A stretch of DNA of 64,000 nt. It comes from Hyphomicrobiales bacterium. Lineage in GTDB: Bacteria > Pseudomonadota > Alphaproteobacteria > SPJN01. A model generated the notes under the pieces. The model was not told the DNA's origin and made no database searches. It worked only from the letters and a program-made list of their open reading frames with translations. Positions 61,956 to 64,000 of this stretch are shown in pieces. Numbering within the stretch: position 1 is the first letter of the stretch; each line of letters begins with the position of its first letter. A program made the position numbers and the translations under genes. The stretch is taken from NCBI GenBank assembly GCA_006844605.1, contig SPJN01000003.1, forward strand, positions 120,019-184,018, read 5' to 3'.

Positions 61956-63815
61956 TTAAACCTCCTGCTCTCGGACCGGGGCACCTTCACGGGTGGGCTG
62001 TGCCCCTGAATCCCGCTGCAATGCTGCAATCAATAGGTCGCGCGCGATCGGCGTCGCAACAGATGACCCCGACCCGCCATGTTCAACAATCACGCTGACA
62101 CCATAGCGGGGCTTATCCACCGGCGCATAGCCGACAAATAACGCGTGGTCGCGCTGTGACCATGGCAGTTCCTTATTGGCAAGGACGCCCTGATCACGTT
62201 CAGCCTGTGTAATCCGGCGCACCTGCGCGGTCCCGGTCTTGCCCGCCATTTCTTGATGCTGCCACATCATGCGATGTTCAAACGCCGTTCCCGCCGGATG
62301 GTTGGTCACCGCATCAAGACTGTCGCGCACCCGGTCAATGATCCACGGCTTAACCGGCAGTTCAGAAAATGTCGGCATCATATCGTTTGGATCAACAACC
62401 AATCGAGGGGCAACAGCCTGACGTGCGGGGTTGGCAACGCGCGCCGTCATCACAGCAAGTTCCAACGCGGTTGAGGTAACAAACCCCTGCCCGATCCCGG
62501 CAATAAAGGTTTCCCCCACCTGCCAGGGTTGACCATAAACCGCCTGTTTCCAATTGCGATCAGGGATCAACCCCTTCGCCTGTTCTGGCAGGCCAATATC
62601 ATACACCTGCCCCAACCCAAGCCGGCGAGACATATCGGCAATGCGGTCGATCCCGACCTCACGCGCGATTTGATAGAAATAGACATCACACGATTCACGC
62701 GTGGCCTGCTTGAAATTCATCATGCCATGACCAAACCGGTGCCAACAGTGAAACCGGTGGCCGCCCATTTCGATATGGCCGCCGCACATCACCTTGCGCG
62801 CATCTGTTGTGATGCCAGCCTCAAGCGCCGCTGCCAGAACAGCAATCTTGAACGTAGACCCCGGCGGATAGCGTCCCTGCACCGCCTTGTTCAACAGGGG
62901 GGAACGTGGATCATCCACCAGCTTGCGCCAATCATGCGTGCTGATACCGGTTGCAAACTTGTTGGCGTCGAACCCGGGGGTGGACGCCATCGCAAGAACG
63001 TCACCATTGGCGACATCCAGCAAAACCGCAGCGCCGGTTTCCCCTTCGAACCGCGCGGCGGAAAAATCCTGTAAGTTTGCGTCAATCGTCAGCACAAGGT
63101 CCTTGCCTGCCTCGCCCTCCTCGCGGTCCAACTCCCGAATAACGCGGCCAAGGGCGTTTACCTCAACCTGTCGGTTTCCCGCCTTGCCCCGCAATTCAGT
63201 ATCAAACTGCCGCTCCAGCCCACGTCGCCCGATTTGAAACCCCGGCATGTTCAACAAGGGATCTGGGTCCCGCTGCTGATCATTTTCTGATGGATACCCG
63301 ACATAGCCCAAAAGGTGAGACAGGCTTTCACCACCCAAATAATCACGCCGATAACCCGTCTTGCTGTGCACGCCGGGCAAATCGGGGCTGTTTACATTCA
63401 CCTTTGCGAATGCCTGCCATTCCATATCATTGATGACAGTGATGGGCGTGAACGACCGATTGCGCCCAACATCCCGAATAACCCGTTGGCGCACATCATC
63501 ACTGATGGGGACAAGGCGCGCCAATTGGTCAAGCGTCGCCTCGACCCCATTGGTTTGTTCGGGGATCAGGATCACCCCATGCGTCCGTTGGTTACGCGCC
63601 AGCTCACGCCCAAACCGATCAAGGATACGCCCGCGCACCGGGGGCAATAATTCAAGGTTGATACGATTATCTTCAGCCAGCGTGCGGTAAAGGTCGGCCT
63701 CAACCACCTGCAATTGATAAAGCCGTGCGCCGATCACCCCGAACGCCAATGCCTGCATCCCGCCAAACAGGATGGCGCGCCGTGTAAACCGTTCTGTCAG
63801 CTTTTCTTCGGACAT
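61956..63815 (-). CDS. mrdA: penicillin-binding protein 2
   Basis: P.RG.I.DR, STFK, SCD, KTGT motifs; upstream of rodA. Confidence 0.96.
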   Translation of the reverse strand: MSEEKLTERFTRRAILFGGMQALAFGVIGARLYQLQVVEADLYRTLAEDNRINLELLPPVRGRILDRFGRELARNQRTHGVILIPEQTNGVEATLDQLARLVPISDDVRQRVIRDVGRNRSFTPITVINDMEWQAFAKVNVNSPDLPGVHSKTGYRRDYLGGESLSHLLGYVGYPSENDQQRDPDPLLNMPGFQIGRRGLERQFDTELRGKAGNRQVEVNALGRVIRELDREEGEAGKDLVLTIDANLQDFSAARFEGETGAAVLLDVANGDVLAMASTPGFDANKFATGISTHDWRKLVDDPRSPLLNKAVQGRYPPGSTFKIAVLAAALEAGITTDARKVMCGGHIEMGGHRFHCWHRFGHGMMNFKQATRESCDVYFYQIAREVGIDRIADMSRRLGLGQVYDIGLPEQAKGLIPDRNWKQAVYGQPWQVGETFIAGIGQGFVTSTALELAVMTARVANPARQAVAPRLVVDPNDMMPTFSELPVKPWIIDRVRDSLDAVTNHPAGTAFEHRMMWQHQEMAGKTGTAQVRRITQAERDQGVLANKELPWSQRDHALFVGYAPVDKPRYGVSVIVEHGGSGSSVATPIARDLLIAALQRDSGAQPTREGAPVREQEV

Positions 63816-63824
63816 ACCGCCAGC

Positions 63825-64000
63825 TTACCTTGCAACCTGCGTCGGCACCAACAGACGCATCACAAGCATCAGTGCCATGCCCATCAGAGGGTACAGCAGC
63901 ACGGTCCAAATCAACGAAACAGCCAACGGCAACAGCGGTACGAAAGACAGGCTCCACAAGCTGACAACAACCCAGGACAGGACCGTCACTGTTGCCGCAG
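63825..64000 (-). CDS. mreD: MreD, C-terminal part (partial)
   Basis: Hydrophobic frame ...VSLIWTVLLYPLMG...VAR* ending 9 bp before mrdA; expected mreBCD-mrdA-rodA order. Confidence 0.75.
   Translation of the reverse strand, partial: AATVTVLSWVVVSLWSLSFVPLLPLAVSLIWTVLLYPLMGMALMLVMRLLVPTQVAR

Overview
Chromosomal window from an alphaproteobacterium. The evidence is the pcm-tolC-popZ-valS order, the murA-DUF2948-hisD-UPF0262-infA-maf-rng-yacG-tRNA-Phe order and mreD-mrdA-rodA. It holds about 58 CDS, three tRNAs (Phe-GAA, Thr-GGT, Lys-CTT) and a TPP riboswitch on thiC. I found no integrase, transposase, prophage or CRISPR array. Accessory blocks sit between the core genes: (1) a small polysaccharide locus; (2) an ~800 bp gene-free region ending in a promoter/three-hairpin/terminator unit that looks like an unannotated small RNA; (3) a TetR plus ferritin-like di-iron enzyme next to a FadB-type gene and a DUF3604 gene; (4) a His/Tyr/Arg-rich exported protein, then an autotransporter with RTX-like repeats followed by a lipoprotein alpha/beta-hydrolase; (5) a MacB-like ABC exporter and a GH2 beta-glucuronidase; (6) a putative operon of lipoprotein, CHASE2 adenylate cyclase and an internally duplicated unknown protein; (7) an RpoE/ChrR singlet-oxygen and furan-fatty-acid-like cluster with back-to-back TGATCC-N16/17-CGTA promoters; (8) a BigR/SqrR, persulfide dioxygenase and SulP module. 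The best candidates for undescribed biology are the sRNA, the cyclase operon and the autotransporter/hydrolase pair. All family assignments come from recognising motifs by eye; no database search was run.
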